This document shows, one piece after another, positions 45,521 to 57,300 of a stretch of DNA of 64,000 bases (position 1 is its first letter; each line of letters begins with the position of its first letter). The stretch comes from an uncultured Alphaproteobacteria bacterium (GTDB taxonomy: Bacteria > Pseudomonadota > Alphaproteobacteria > CAVTAV01). The stretch spans positions 11,069-75,068 of the forward strand of contig CAVTAV010000006.1 of NCBI GenBank assembly GCA_963732795.1. The letters run 5' to 3'. The position numbers and the translations under genes are program-made. The notes beneath the pieces were generated by a model. That model was given only the letters and a program-made list of their open reading frames with translations. It was not told the DNA's origin and searched no databases.

Positions 45521-47450
45521 CTATTGGCCGAGGACGTTGATCAGGCCGCCATCGACGACGAGCTTACACTGACGCGCCGACATGTCGTGGCGGAGGGTCA
45601 TTTCGCGGTCGGATTCGGCAATATGGGCGGTGAGCGTTGGCCCGTCGGAAAGCTGGTCGACGGCGTCCTCGATGACGAGGGTCTGGCCGGACTCCAGGAA
45701 CTCGTAATCGTCCGAACTCCTCATAGGTCAGCGGCAGGATGCCGAAATTTATCAGGTTCTGGCGGTAAATCCGGGCGAAGCTTCTCGCGACCACCGCCCG
45801 GAGACCGAGATAGCGCGGGGCCAGCGCGGCATGCTCCCGGCTCGACCCCTGGCCGTAATTCTTGCCCGCGATCACCGCATGGGCGTCATGCCCCGAGGTT
45901 CGCTCGACATAGGCCTCGTCGACCACGTCGAAAACGAACTCCGAAATTTTCGGAATATTGCTGCGGAACGGCAGCACGCGGGTGCCCGCCGGCATGATCT
46001 CGTCGGTCGTGATGTCGTCGCCGACCTTGAGCAGGATCGGTAATTCGAGCCGATCGGGCAGCTTTTTCAGCTTCGGCAGGCTCTTGATGTTCGGGCCTTT
46101 GACGAGGTCCACCTTTTTCGCCTTCTCCGGCGCCGGCGGTTCTTCCAGAAGCGAGATGTTCGCGGTCGAGAGATCCGGCACTGGGATGTCCGGATAGTCG
46201 ATGCCAAGCGAACGTGGATCGGTGATCACGCCCTTGAGCGCCGACGCCGTCGCGGTTTCCGGGCTGCACAAATAGACCTCGTCCTCCCGCGTCCCGGACC
46301 GGCCAGGGAAATTGCGCGGCACAGTCCTCAAGCTCTTGCGGCCCGATGCCGGGGCCTGGCCCATGCCGATGCAGCCGTTGCAGCCCGCCTGATGCAGGCG
46401 CGCGCCGCCCGCAATCAGGGCTTCAAGGCTTTTGTCCTCGATCAGCAGCGCGAGCAGTTGGCGGGACGTCGGGTTGACGTCGAAGGAAACCCCGTCGGCG
46501 ACGGACTTGCCTTCGAGCATCCGGGCGGCCATGGCGAAGTCGCGATAACCCGGATTGGCCGAGGAGCCGACATAGGCCTGATAGATCTCCTCGCCCGCGA
46601 TCTCCTCGACCGTCACCACATTGCCGGGGCTCGACGGCTTGGCGATCAGCGGCACGAGCTTCGAAAGATCGACCTCTTCCTGGCGGTCATAATTTGCATC
46701 CTCATCTGCCGCGAGCTCCTGCCAATCCTCCTCGCGGCCCTCGCTTTTCAGAAAGCGGAGGGTTTCCTTGTCGGACGGAAAGATCGAGGTCGTCGCGCCG
46801 AGCTCCGTTCCCATATTGGCGATGACATGGCGATCCATGGCGCTCAGGGACTCGAGGCCGGGTCCCGAATATTCGATGACATAGCCGAGGCCGCCATCGA
46901 CATCGTGACGGCGAAGGAGCTCCAGGATCACGTCCTTGGCGCTCACCCAATCCGGCAGTTCGTTGACGAGCCGGACGTTCCAGACCTTCGGCATCGGCAC
47001 ATAGAACGGCTCGCCCGCGATGGCGGCGGCGACCTCGATCCCGCCTGCACCGAAGGCCAGCATGCCGATCGAGCCGGCGGCCGGCGTATGGCTGTCGGAG
47101 CCGAGCAAGGTCTTCCCCGGCTTGCCGAACCGCTGCATATGCACCGGGTGACTGACGCCGTTCCCCGGCGGACTGAAATAGCAGCCGAATTTCCGGCCGG
47201 CGCTTTCGAGAAACAGGTGATCGTCCGGGTTCTTGAAATCGGCCTGGATCAGATTGTGATCGACATATTGGACCGAGGTCTCGGCCTTCGTGCGATCAAG
47301 CCCCATGGCGTCGAGATACAGCATCACCAGGGTGCCGGTCGCATCCTGGGTCAAGGTCTGGTCGATCTTGACGGCGATTTCCTCGCCCGGCGCGACGCTG
47401 GTGTCGACGTCATGCGCTTCGAGCAGCTTGTGTGTCAGAGATTTGCCCAT
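45521..47450 (-). pseudogene. aconitase-family hydratase, single-chain ~640-aa form, one frameshift near 45725
   Basis: ATG at 47450 inside ORF 45564..48089. IDQTLTQDATG, LGSDSHTPAAG, QAGCNGCIGMG, GKNYGQGSSREHAALAPRYLG. The last 67 aa are in ORF 45521..45724. Confidence 0.82.
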
Positions 47451-47491
47451 TGAAGAGAACAACGACTGGGGCGCGAATTTGTTTCCGCGGG

Positions 47492-48532
47492 CTAGCCCGA
47501 GACTCGTCTGGATCGCGACCGCCCCGACATAAAGCGCGAGAATGATCGCGCTTTCGAAGCCGATATTGGCCGGGCCTTTGCGCTGGCGGCGAATGAAGCC
47601 GAGGAGCAGAACGCCGGTCATCAGAAGCGCGAGGACGATCCAGAACATCGCACGGGTGCCGATCGCGTGGTAGATCGAGCCCTTCCGATAGGCGATATCG
47701 GAAAGCGCCAGGAACAGGACATCGAAGGAATTGCCGCCAATGATCCCGCCGACGGCCAATTGCAGGGCGCCGCGGCGGATCGCGGCGATCACCGTAACGA
47801 GCTCCGGCAACGAGGTCACGACCGCGGTCAGGAGCGCGCCGACCACGGATTCCGAAATCCCGGCCTTCTCGGAAATCTGGAGGCCCGTCTCGGCGATCAG
47901 CCATCCGGCCACGCCGACGACTGCACTGAGCGCGACGAACTGACCGATGAGCTTGGCAACGGACGGCTGTCCGGCCGATTCGGCGGCGGGCAGGTCGGTG
48001 CGGGTGTCCGAGGTCACTTGCGGCCTCCACATCGGCGCGAGCCGGATGGCGGAGGCGAGCCGGACGCCCGCGACATAGACGATCAGCAAGATCGGCGTCG
48101 CCGGATGAACGCCGAAATCGTGACGTCCGGCGCGGCCCAGGCCAGAAGCGGGATTGTCAGCAGGATCATCAGCATGGTGGCCTGCGTCATATTGGTGAGC
48201 GACGCCGCCGCATGCTCCAGATTGGCCTTGCGATAGACCACGTCCGCGATGGCGAGGAACGCCGTTTGGGCCGCGATCCCGCCGATGGCGTTGCTGACCG
48301 CATAGACCGGATGGCCCTGGGCGGCCGCCGCGACGGACGCGACTGTGCCGGCGAGAGAGGTGCTCGCGCCGAGCAGGACGCCGCCGACCAGCGCCTCCCC
48401 GAACCCGGTGCGATCGGCCAGGATGTCCGCAAGACGCGTCATCTTCAGGCCGCCGGCCACGATGACCGCAGCCACCACCGCGAACAGGATCAGGTTCGCT
48501 TCGAGGGACAGATTTCCGAAATCAGGCATCAA
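47492..48532 (-). pseudogene. CaCA-family cation antiporter (Na+/Ca2+ exchanger membrane region), frameshift near 48105; 3' end provisional
   Basis: ORF 48083..48532 holds the first repeat ([16 protein letters not shown]). The N-terminal 213 aa of ORF 45564..48089 holds the second repeat (VVGALLTAVVTSLPELV). There is no in-frame stop before the aconitase ATG. A TAG at 47492..47494 is reachable only one frame over. Confidence 0.7.
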
Positions 48533-48574
48533 ATCGCGTCACGCACGGCGCGCCTCGCCCGAGACCGTCGATTA

Positions 48575-49862
48575 TCAGGCCGCCTCCAGCGCCTGGGTGA
48601 GATCGGCAAGGATATCGTCGATATGCTCCAGCCCGACCGACAGGCGGACATAGCCGCCGGTCACGCCAGTTGCGAGCTGCTCCTCTTCCGAAAGCTGGGA
48701 ATGGGTCGTGCTCGCCGGATGGATCGCCAGACTGCGCGCATCGCCGATATTGGCGAGGTGATAGAACATCTCAAGCGCGTTGATGAAAGCCTTGCCGGAT
48801 TCGACCCCGCCCTTGAGCTCGAAGCCCACCAACCCGCCATAACCGCCCTTGAGATAGGCGTCGGCACGGCGGCGATATTCGCCGGTCATCTGACTCGGAT
48901 GGATGACTTTCGAGACCTTCTCATGGGTCTTGAGGAAATCCGCGACCTTCTGAGCGTTCTGGGAATGACGCTCGATGCGCAAGGGCAAGGTCTCCAGCCC
49001 GTTCAGGATCATGAAGGCATTGAACGGGCTCAGGCACGGGCCGGTGTCGCGCAAGAGCGTCACCCGCGCCTTGATGATATAGGCGATCGGCCCCAAGCGG
49101 CTTCACCGCCTCGGTCCAGACCGCGCCGTGATAGCTGGGATCGGGCGTGTTCAGCATCGGGAAGCGGTCCTTATGCGCCTCCCAATCGAAATTGCCGCTG
49201 TCGATCACGATGCCGCCGATCGAATTGCCGTGGCCGCCGATATATTTCGTGCAGCTCGACGCGATGATCGACGCGCCATGCTCGAACGGCCGGCACAGCC
49301 CGTGCGCCGCCGTGTTGTCCATGATCAGCGGCACGCCGAGCTTGCGGCCGATATCCGCGACCTCCTTGATCGGGAAGACCTGGAGCTTCGGGTTCGGCAG
49401 GGTCTCGGCGTAATAGGCGCGGGTCTTGTCGTCGGTCGCCTTGGCGAAGGCTTCGGGATCGGCCGGATCGACGAAGCGCACCTCGACGCCCATGGACGGC
49501 AGCGTATGGGCGAACAGGTTCCAGGTTCCGCCATAGAGATCGGTCGAACTCACCACATTGTCGCCGGCATGGGCGATGTTCTGGATCGCAAGGGTGGAGG
49601 CCGCCTGCCCGGACGAGATGGCGAGCGCGCCGACGCCGCCTTCGAGCGCCGCCAGCCGCTTTTCCAGCACATCGACCGTCGGATTCATGATCCGGGTGTA
49701 GATGTTCCCGAATTCCTTGAGCGCGAACAGATTCGCCGCGTGCTCGGTGCTGTCGAACTGATACGACGTGGTCTGATAGATCGGCACGGCCACCGAATGG
49801 GTCGCCGGATCCGCGCGGTAGCCCGCGTGAAGAACGATGGTCTCGGGATTCTTGCTGGTCAT
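48575..49862 (-). pseudogene. metY: O-acetylhomoserine aminocarboxypropyltransferase (sulfhydrylase), one frameshift near 49095
   Basis: ORF 48921..49862 (TTSYQF, NIYTRIMNPT, LIMDNT, SCTKYIGGHGNSIGG with the PLP Lys). ORF 48575..49096 (LSPFNAFMILNGLETLPLRIERH, ANIGDARSLAIHPASTTH). Confidence 0.87.
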
Positions 49863-50047
49863 GACTGCCGCCTCTCCTGATTTCCGGCCTGCTGGCGCGT
49901 TATACCGTGTTTAATGGGATTGCGCGTCTTTGCCAATCTTCGGCCGATCACAAAGAGGCGAGGTGACTTCGGGCGCGATCCTTGACCATATAGAGTGATA
50001 AGTGTGACGTTCTTCGAGCCAACGCGGATGAGAAATCGGACCCGATC

Positions 50048-51487
50048 ATGGCCTTGCCCCAGAACACCGACGACCTCTTTTTCGCCCAGACCGGCATGGA
50101 TCAGACGCGCGTCCAGCGCATCATCGACGACACCTTGGCGAAATGCGAGGACGGCGAGCTCTATCCTCGAATATGCCCAGTCCGAGAGCCTCGCTTTCGA
50201 CGACGGGCGGCTGAAGAACGCCAGCTTCGATACGACCCAGGGCTTCGGCCTTCGCGCCGTGGTCGGCGAATCGACCGGCTTCGCTCATGCGAGCAACCTT
50301 TCGGAAGAAGCGATCATCCGCGCGGCCAAGGCTGTCGAGGCGGTGAAATCCGGTCATTCCGGGGCGATGAGCCTCGGCCCCGCCGGCACCAACCGGCATC
50401 TCTATGCCGCCGATAATCCGCTGGAAGAAGTCGGCTTCGACGCCAAGGTGGCGCTTCTCAAAGAGATCGACGCCTATGCCCGCGCCAAGGACTCCCGCGT
50501 GCGGCAGGTCACGGCCTCGCTCGCCGGCGAATGGCAGGCGGTGATGATCATCCGCGCGGACGGCCAGATCGCCCGCGACATCCGCCCGCTCGTCCGGCTC
50601 AATATCTCGATCATGGTCGGCGACGGCGACCGCCAGGAGATCGGCTCGATCGGCTATGGCGGCCGCGAGGCCTATGCCCGCTTCATCGATCCGGCGAACT
50701 GGCGCGGACGGGTGGACGAGGCGTTGCGTCAGGCGCTGGTCAATCTCAATTCCGTCGCCGCGCCCGCAGGCGAGATGCCCGTCGTGCTCGGGCCCGGCTG
50801 GCCCGGCGATCCTGCTGCACGAGGCGATCGGCCACGGCCTCGAAGGCGATTTCAATCGCAAGAAGACCTCCGCCTTCGCCGGCCTGATGGGCCAGCAGGT
50901 CGCCGCCAAGGGCGTGACCGTGGTGGACGAAGGCAACATCCAGGACCGCCGCGGCTCCTTGACCATCGACGACGAAGGCACGCCGACCTGCCGCACGGTC
51001 CTGATCGAGGACGGCATCCTGAAAGGCTATCTCCAGGACCGGCTCAACGCCCGGCTCATGAACATGAAGCCGACCGGCAACGGCCGTCGCGAAAGCTTCG
51101 CCCATGCTCCCATGCCGCGCATGACCAACACTTACATGCTGGCCGGCGACAAGGATCCCGGCGAGATCATCGCGGGCGTGAAGAAAGGCATTTACGCCGT
51201 CAATTTCGGCGGCGGGCAGGTGGACATCACCAACGGCAAATTCGTGTTCAGCTGCACCGAGGCCTACAAGATCGAGAACGGCAAGATCGGCGCCCCGCGT
51301 GAAGGGCGCGACCCTGATCGGCAACGGCCCCGACTGCCTCACCAAGGTCGGCGCGGTCGGCAACGACCTCAAGCTCGACGACGGCATCGGCACCTGCGGC
51401 AAGAACGGCCAAGGCGTCCCCGTCGGCGTCGGCCAGCCTACCTTGCTGATCGAAGGGCTGACCGTCGGCGGAACGGCGGCTGGTTAG
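50048..51487 (+). pseudogene. tldD: metalloprotease TldD, three frameshifts (near 50165, 50810, 51295)
   Basis: Pieces in ORFs 50048..50416, 49995..51302, 50656..51579 and 51299..51487. [71 protein letters not shown]. Confidence 0.87.
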
Positions 51488-51572
51488 CCTCGACTACACC
51501 GTCATTCCCGCGAGCGGAATCAGTTCGACGTGGGGCTGGATCCCGCCTGCGGGATCGCTACGTCTCCGCCGT

Positions 51573-52335
51573 TCAGTGAACCTCCCCCGTAAACGTCCTC
51601 AGCGCCGGGTTCGTATGGTCCGGCATGGCGAGGGCCGCCGCAACGCCGGGGCGGGCGCGCATGCGGTCGACCCAGTCGAGAAGCTTGGGGCAGCGCGTCT
51701 CGGGTGCCGATCTCGGGGAACATGCGCTCCAGCATCATGCCGCAATGGGCGAAGAAATTGGCGTCTGCCGTGGTGAACATCTCGCCGGCGATCCAGGGGA
51801 CTTTGCCGAGCTGCGTCTCGATCTTGTCGACCGCTTCGTTGATCTTGCGGGTGGCGTTGGCGAGATCGGATTCGGAGAAGCCGGAGCGGGCCGTGCGCCA
51901 TTTCTCGCGCTGCTCGCGAAGCGGGATGCGCGCGACCAGCTTCTCGAACTCGCCCGCCTCGACACCCCGCGCGATCACGCCGACCATGCGGTGCCAGCCC
52001 CACATCGAGACGTAATTCATCACATGCTCGTCGACGAATTTGTTCCAATAGCGCATCCGGGCATTGCCCTCGGGCGTGTTCGGCCGCAAGGGCGGCGCGT
52101 CGGGGAAGGCGTCTTCGAGATATTCGTTGATGACGGTGCTATGGGTGATGATCACGCCGTCATGATCGAGCACCGGCACCTGGCCTTCCGGGTTGATCGC
52201 GACGAACCACGGCTCGTGCTGCTCGAACTTGTGGAGATCGACATAACGGCTCTCGAAATCGAGCCCCTTCTCCTTCAGCGGAATCAGAACCTTGAGCGAA
52301 TTGGCGACCGGTTCGGCGTGATAGAGCTTGAGCAT
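51573..52335 (-). pseudogene. glutathione S-transferase family protein, one frameshift near 51710
   Basis: ORF 51520..52335: MLKLYHAEPVANSLKVLIPLKEKGLDFE, INPEGQVPVLDHDG. The C-terminal ...[40 protein letters not shown] is read in a second frame, ending at the TGA at 51573. Confidence 0.78.
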
Positions 52336-52399
52336 CGATTGTCCCCCGCGTGTCGTTTTGGTGCTCGACCTTGATACAACGCGGAGGGCTCTAGCGCGC

Positions 52400-53776
52400 C
52401 TAATAGGAATATTCCTTGAAGACGGGATCGACGCTGCCGTGCCAGCGCGTATTATAGGCCTCCAGCATGTCCTCGGCCGGAGTCTTGCCGCGCTCGACGA
52501 TATCGAACAGGGCGCCGAGGAAATGCACTTCCGATTCGCCGACCCAATCGAGCGCCGCGCGGCGGCTCAGGCCTTCCGACGCGATCGCGAGCACGCGCTT
52601 GGCGAAATCCAGCATGGTGCCCTTGCCGAGCTTGGCGTTCAGCGCCTCGCGCGCGACGTCGTCGCGAAGCCGCGCGATATCCACATAGGTCCAGTCCTTG
52701 ACCAGATCCCAGGCCGCATCCAGCGCCGCGTCGTCATAGAGCAGCCCGACCCAGAGCGCCGGCAGCGCGCAGAGCCGGGACCACTGGCCGCCGTCCGCGC
52801 CGCGCATCTCGAGGAAGCTCTTCAGCCGCACCTCGGGGAAGATCGTGGTCAGGTGATCGGACCAATCGTCCATGGTCGGCCGCTCGCCCGGCAGCGCCGG
52901 CAGCTGGCCCTCCATGAAATCCCGGAAGGACTGACCGGAGGCATCGATATAGCGGCCTTCGCGGTAGACGAAATACATCGGCACATCGAGCGCGTAATCG
53001 ACATAGCGCTCGAAGCCCATGCCGGGATCGAACAGAAAGGGCAGCACGCCCGTGCGGTCCGGATCGGTATCGGTCCAGATATGGGCGCGGTAGCTCAGAT
53101 AGCCGTTTGGCTTGCCCTCGGTGAAGGGCGAGTTGGCGAACAGCGCCGTCGCCATCGGCTGCAAGCGCCATGGAGGTGCGGAACTTCCTGACCATGTCGG
53201 CTTCGGACGAGAAGTCCAGATTCACCTGGACCGTGCAGGTGCGGAACATCATGTCCCGGCCGAGCGTGCCCTTCTTGTCCATATAGGCGCTCATGATCTT
53301 GTAGCGGCCCTTGGGCATGACCGGCGTTTCGTCGAGCGTCACCTTCGGCGCGAAGCCGAGGCCGATGAAGCCGATATCGAGCTCCTTCGCGATTTCGCGC
53401 ACCTGCGCCAGATGGGTCGAGACTTCGTTGCAGGTCTGGTGGACGGTGCGCAAGCGGCGCGCCGGAAAGCTCCAGCTGGCCGCCCGGCTCCAGGGTCACG
53501 GACTGGCCGTCCATATGGAGCGCGATCAGATTGCCGTTCTCGTAGATCGGCTTCCAGCCGAAGCGTTGCAGGCCTTCGAGAACGGCGCGGATTCCCTGCG
53601 GCCCTTCATAGGTAAGCCGGCCGAGATCCTTAAGCCGATAGCCGAACTTCTCGTGCTCCGTGCCGATGCGCCAATCCTCGCTTGGGACGGCAGCCGGCTT
53701 CGAGATAGGCGACGAGGTCGTGCTTGCTCTCGATCGGAGGGCTGAAGGCCTCCGCCTCGGCAATTTTCTGCGACAT
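52400..53776 (-). pseudogene. gshA: glutamate-cysteine ligase, plant/alphaproteobacterial type (GCS2), at least 3 frameshifts
   Basis: MSQKIAEAEAF... (ORF 53630..53854). WRIGTEHEKFGY...[17 protein letters not shown] (frame of ORF 53095..54630). [10 protein letters not shown]...[13 protein letters not shown] (52734..53453). [17 protein letters not shown]...[18 protein letters not shown] (52400..53164). Confidence 0.87.
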
Positions 53777-53879
53777 ATACTCTCCCCGCCCGCAGAGGAT
53801 GAACCGCGCGCTGCGCCAAATCTCGCAAGTAAGCGGTCGGCGGTATCCGCGCAAGCAAAATCATCGTGAGAAGCGAGCG

Positions 53880-54630
53880 TCAAGTCCAGTCGCCGAGCAG
53901 CGCCTGCCAGAGCGCGAGGGCCGCGACGACGGCGGTATCCGCCCTGAGGATGCGGGGACCGAGGCTCACAAGATGGGTGTCGGGGGCGCCATTCAAGGCC
54001 GCGCGCTCCCGCTCGCTGAAGCCGCCCTCGGGGCCGACGACGATGGCGGTCGGGACATTTTTCCGCGAGAGGCTCGCAAGAACGGACGCCGCCGAGCGCG
54101 GCGCCCTCGCCGTTGTCGAAAACGAGCCGCCGACAGGGAGACGGCAATCCACCGAGCGCCTCGTCGAGCGATTTCGCGGGCGGGCGGATCTCCGGTACGG
54201 TCAGCCGCCGGCATTGCTCGGCCGCCTCGGTTACGTTCGCTTGCAGGCGATCGAGATTGACCCGATCGACATTGGTGAAATCGGTGAAGACCGGCCAGAT
54301 GACGCGGGTCCCGAGCTCGGTCGCCTTCTCGACGGTGTAGTCGAGCCGGGCGCGCTTGATCGGGGCGAACAGCAGCCAGAGGTCGGGTTCGGTCGTTTGC
54401 GGCCGCGTTCGGTCTTCGATCTTGAGGCGGCAGGCCTTGCGGCCGGCATCGAGAATCGTCGCGCGCCATTCGCCGTCCCGGCCGTTGAACAGCAGCACGG
54501 CATCGCCCGGCCGCCGGCGCATCACCGTTGCGAGGTAATGCGACTGACGGGCCCCAAGCGCGAGGTCAACGCCGGAACCGAGATCGGCCTCGACATAGAG
54601 CCGGATTTTGGCAGGTTGCGCCTCGCTCAT
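53880..54630 (-). pseudogene. rsmE: 16S rRNA (uracil1498-N3)-methyltransferase, one frameshift near 54100
   Basis: ORF 53095..54630 N-terminal part (IRLYVEADL...SHYLATVMRRRPGDAVLLFNGRDGEW...KATELGT). C-terminus in ORF 53880..54152 ([12 protein letters not shown]...[12 protein letters not shown]). Confidence 0.85.
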
Positions 54631-54714
54631 CGCGTCCTTCCCATACGGCGACTTGAGCCGCCGGGCGCTATACTGTTAAGCAGAACCGGGAAGCGCAAGC
54701 GCGAGACGATAACC

Positions 54715-55678
54715 ATGACCCATCCGGCCGATGCCCGTCCCGCCGATGCCGTTCGCGGTAATTGGGTGGACCGCCATGCGCCCATATGGGCGCGGCCCTA
54801 TCTCCGCCTCGCCCGCGCCGACCGGCCGATCGGCACCTGGCTGCTGCTTGTGGCCGTGCTGCTGGGCGACGGCGCTGGCCGCGCCCCATGCCCTGCCCGC
54901 CAACGACTATGCCGGGCTGAACGCGGGCGCCTGGCCCAATCCGATCCTGCTTCTGCTGTTCGTGATCGGCGCGACGGTGATGCGCGGCGCGGGCTGCACC
55001 TTCAACGACATCGTGGATCGGGATTTCGACGGCAAGGTCGCCCGCACCCGCGCCCGGCCGATCCCGAGCGGCGCGGTGAGCGTCAGGAACGCTGTCGCCT
55101 TCCTCATGATCGAATGCGTCATCGGCCTGTTCGTGCTCCTTTGCCTCAATCGCACGGCGGTGTTGCTCGGCGTGGCGTCCCTCGGCCTCGTCGCGATCTA
55201 CCCCTTCATGAAGCGCTTCACCTATTGGCCCCAGATCTTCCTCGGCCTCGCCTTCAATTGGGGCGCGATCCTGGGCTGGGGCGCCGTCACCGGCGGTGTC
55301 GCCGCGCCGGCCCTGGCGCTCTATCTCGCCGGCATCGCCTGGACCCTGGTCTACGACACGATCTATGCCCATCAGGACAAGGAGGACGACATCCTGATCG
55401 GCGTCAAATCCACCGCCCTTCTGTTCGGCAGGAGCACCAAGGCTCTGGCTCGCGGGCTTCGGCGCGCTGACCATGATCGGCATCTGGATCGCGGGCGCGC
55501 TCGCCGGCGAAGGCGCGGCCTTCTATGTCGCTCTCGATCCTCCCCACCGGCCATCTGATCTGGCAGGTCGCGGGCCTTCGAATCGACGACGGCGCCAATT
55601 GTCTCGTGCAGATTCCGCGCAAATCACATCTTCGGCGCGCTCGTCTTCGCTGCTATCGTGGCGGGCAACGTGATCTGA
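54715..55678 (+). pseudogene. ubiA: 4-hydroxybenzoate polyprenyltransferase, at least 3 frameshifts
   Basis: ATG at 54715 (frame of ORF 53866..55470): YLRLARADRPIGTWLLL. ORF 54731..55558: GAGCTFNDIVDRDFDGKVARTRARPIPSG, YPFMKRFTYWPQ, YDTIYAHQDKEDD. The C-terminus is read in two more frames, ending at the TGA at 55678. Confidence 0.87.
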
Positions 55679-55728
55679 CTCATGCCGGCAGGGGGCCGAT
55701 AGGGGCCATCGGCTTTTTCGGGGGGCAC

Positions 55729-56144
55729 ATGAACACCGTCTTCAACAGTCTGATCAAAGGCTTTCCCTATCTGATGCTGCATTCGAGCGTGACCTTCGCG
55801 CTCCTTGTGGCCGCGGTCGCGATCTACACCTGGATCACGCCGCATCGAGGAATTCGCGCTTATCCGCGAGGGAAATGTCGCGGCGGCCATCACGCTTTCC
55901 GGCGCGATTCTCGGCCTCGCCATTCCCCTGGCCTTCTGTCTCGCAGCCAGCATCTCGGTTTATGAGAATCCTGATCTGGGGCGCGGTGACCTTGGTCCTG
56001 CAGATCATCGCGTTCCGCATCGTGCATGTCTTCATCAAGGATTTGCCGCAGCGCATCGAGCGCGGCGAAATCTCGACGGCGATCTTCCTCTCCGCCTGCA
56101 AGCTCGCGGTCGCGGCCATCACCGCGGCGGCGGTCGCCGGCTGA
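55729..56144 (+). pseudogene. DUF350 domain membrane protein, two frameshifts (near 55850, 55960)
   Basis: MNTVFNSLIKGFPYLMLHSSVTFALLVAAVAIYTWITPH (frame of ORF 55525..55965). ALIREGNVAAAITLSGAILGLAIPLAF (55805..56362). ILIWGAVTLVLQIIAFRIVHVFI...AIFLSACKLAVAAITAAAVAG (55875..56144). Confidence 0.7.
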
Positions 56145-56159
56145 CAAGGCAGAGGCCTC

Positions 56160-57072
56160 ATGCTCCGGCCCTTCTTCAAGGCGCTGCGCTATCTCTTCGT
56201 GCTGTTCGTCCTCCTGATTCTGATCGGCGAGATCGATCAGTTCACCCATGGACCGACCGTCAATCTCCAGAACGAAGACGCGTCGCTTCCGCCGCGGGCG
56301 CAGGATCTCGGCCCCGGTTTCCGAATGAGGGTTCCCGAAGTTCTCAACCGCGACCGGCATGACCTCGTCAGCCTCGGCACCGCCTTCGCGATCAACGATT
56401 CGGGCGACTGGGCGACGGCGAAACATGTCAGCCGCGATTGCGCCGCGCTGGTGCTGCTCGAAGCCGGAGAGCAGCGCGGCTATCCGGTGAAGATGGTGAT
56501 CGACCATCCCCGCACCGATCTGAGCGTTCTCGTCACCGGCGGCTCGTTCGACGCCCTGACCATCGCCGACCGCGACCCAGGAACCGACGAGACCGGCTAT
56601 TTCATCGGCTATCCCCAGGGAGACCCGGCCTCGGTCGAAGCGAATTATCTCGGGCGCGACGATGTCGATGTGATCGACGATCTCGCTCCGGGCCGGCCGC
56701 CCGAACGTCTCGTCGGCGACTACTGGGTCGAGTTCCCGCCGGATCCCGAATTTCTCCGGCACCCTCGGCGGCATGAGCGGCGGGCCGGTCCTCGACGGCG
56801 CGGGCGACGTGATCGGCGTGACGGTCGCCGAGGAGCCGCGCCGGGGCCGGGTCATCTCGGTCACGCCGGAAAGCCTGGCCGAGCTCCTGCGCGGCGCCGG
56901 CTCCGAAGGCTGGCACACCGAGAACGAAGCCCTCCGCCGCGACACGCCGCCCGTGGTCTCGGACTCGAATCTCCGGCAATACGGCAACGATCTCAGGAAC
57001 AAGACGCGGGTCGCCGAAGTCTGGTGCTACGGATTCCGCAAAGGCGTCCAGCCAAGGCGGCCGCGGCTTTAG
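56160..57072 (+). pseudogene. membrane-anchored trypsin-like (S1) serine peptidase, one frameshift near 56760
   Basis: ORF 56160..57092: N-terminal TM helix LRYLFVLFVLLILIG, candidate His (WATAKHV) and Asp (RTDLSVL). ORF 56773..57072 carries GTLGGMSGGPVLDGAGDVIGV (GxSGGP). Confidence 0.7.
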
Positions 57073-57109
57073 AGCTTTCCGTCGACGCATAACATCGATT
57101 TTTGAACCA

Positions 57110-57273
57110 GTCATCCGGGAAGCCGGTTTGTCCGAAATCTCTGATTTCGTTGGCAAACCGAGCTATCCGGGACCCACTGTCACCGGCATAAGCGTCCGAC
57201 CTGGATCCCGGATTGCAAGGCTCGCAGTCCGCAAACCTGTCGGTTTTCGGGCTCGCCTAACATCCGGGATGAC
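57110..57273 (+). repeat. MITE-like repeat, family B (copy 2, 164 nt)
   Basis: GTCATCCGGG...CCGGGATGAC termini. Same core as 43576..43694 (reverse complement), plus an extra ~45-nt internal segment. Confidence 0.75.
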
Positions 57274-57300
57274 AACAATTGCAATTTGGAGGGCGGCTCC

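Noticed and set aside
45564-48089. The 841-aa ORF as a genuine antiporter-aconitase fusion protein.
   Set aside because: It would be topologically odd: a polytopic membrane C-terminus fused to a cytosolic Fe-S enzyme that has its own ATG at 47450. The region lies in an indel-prone part of the assembly, and a TAG is available one frame over at 47492..47494.
49863-50047. A possible SAM riboswitch in the ~185-nt leader of metY.
   Set aside because: I could not find the SAM-II hallmarks I remember (GGCUU ... AAAGCU pseudoknot partners), only a weak GATTG/CAATC hairpin. A covariance-model scan (SAM-II, SAM-V, SAM/SAH) would be needed before any call.
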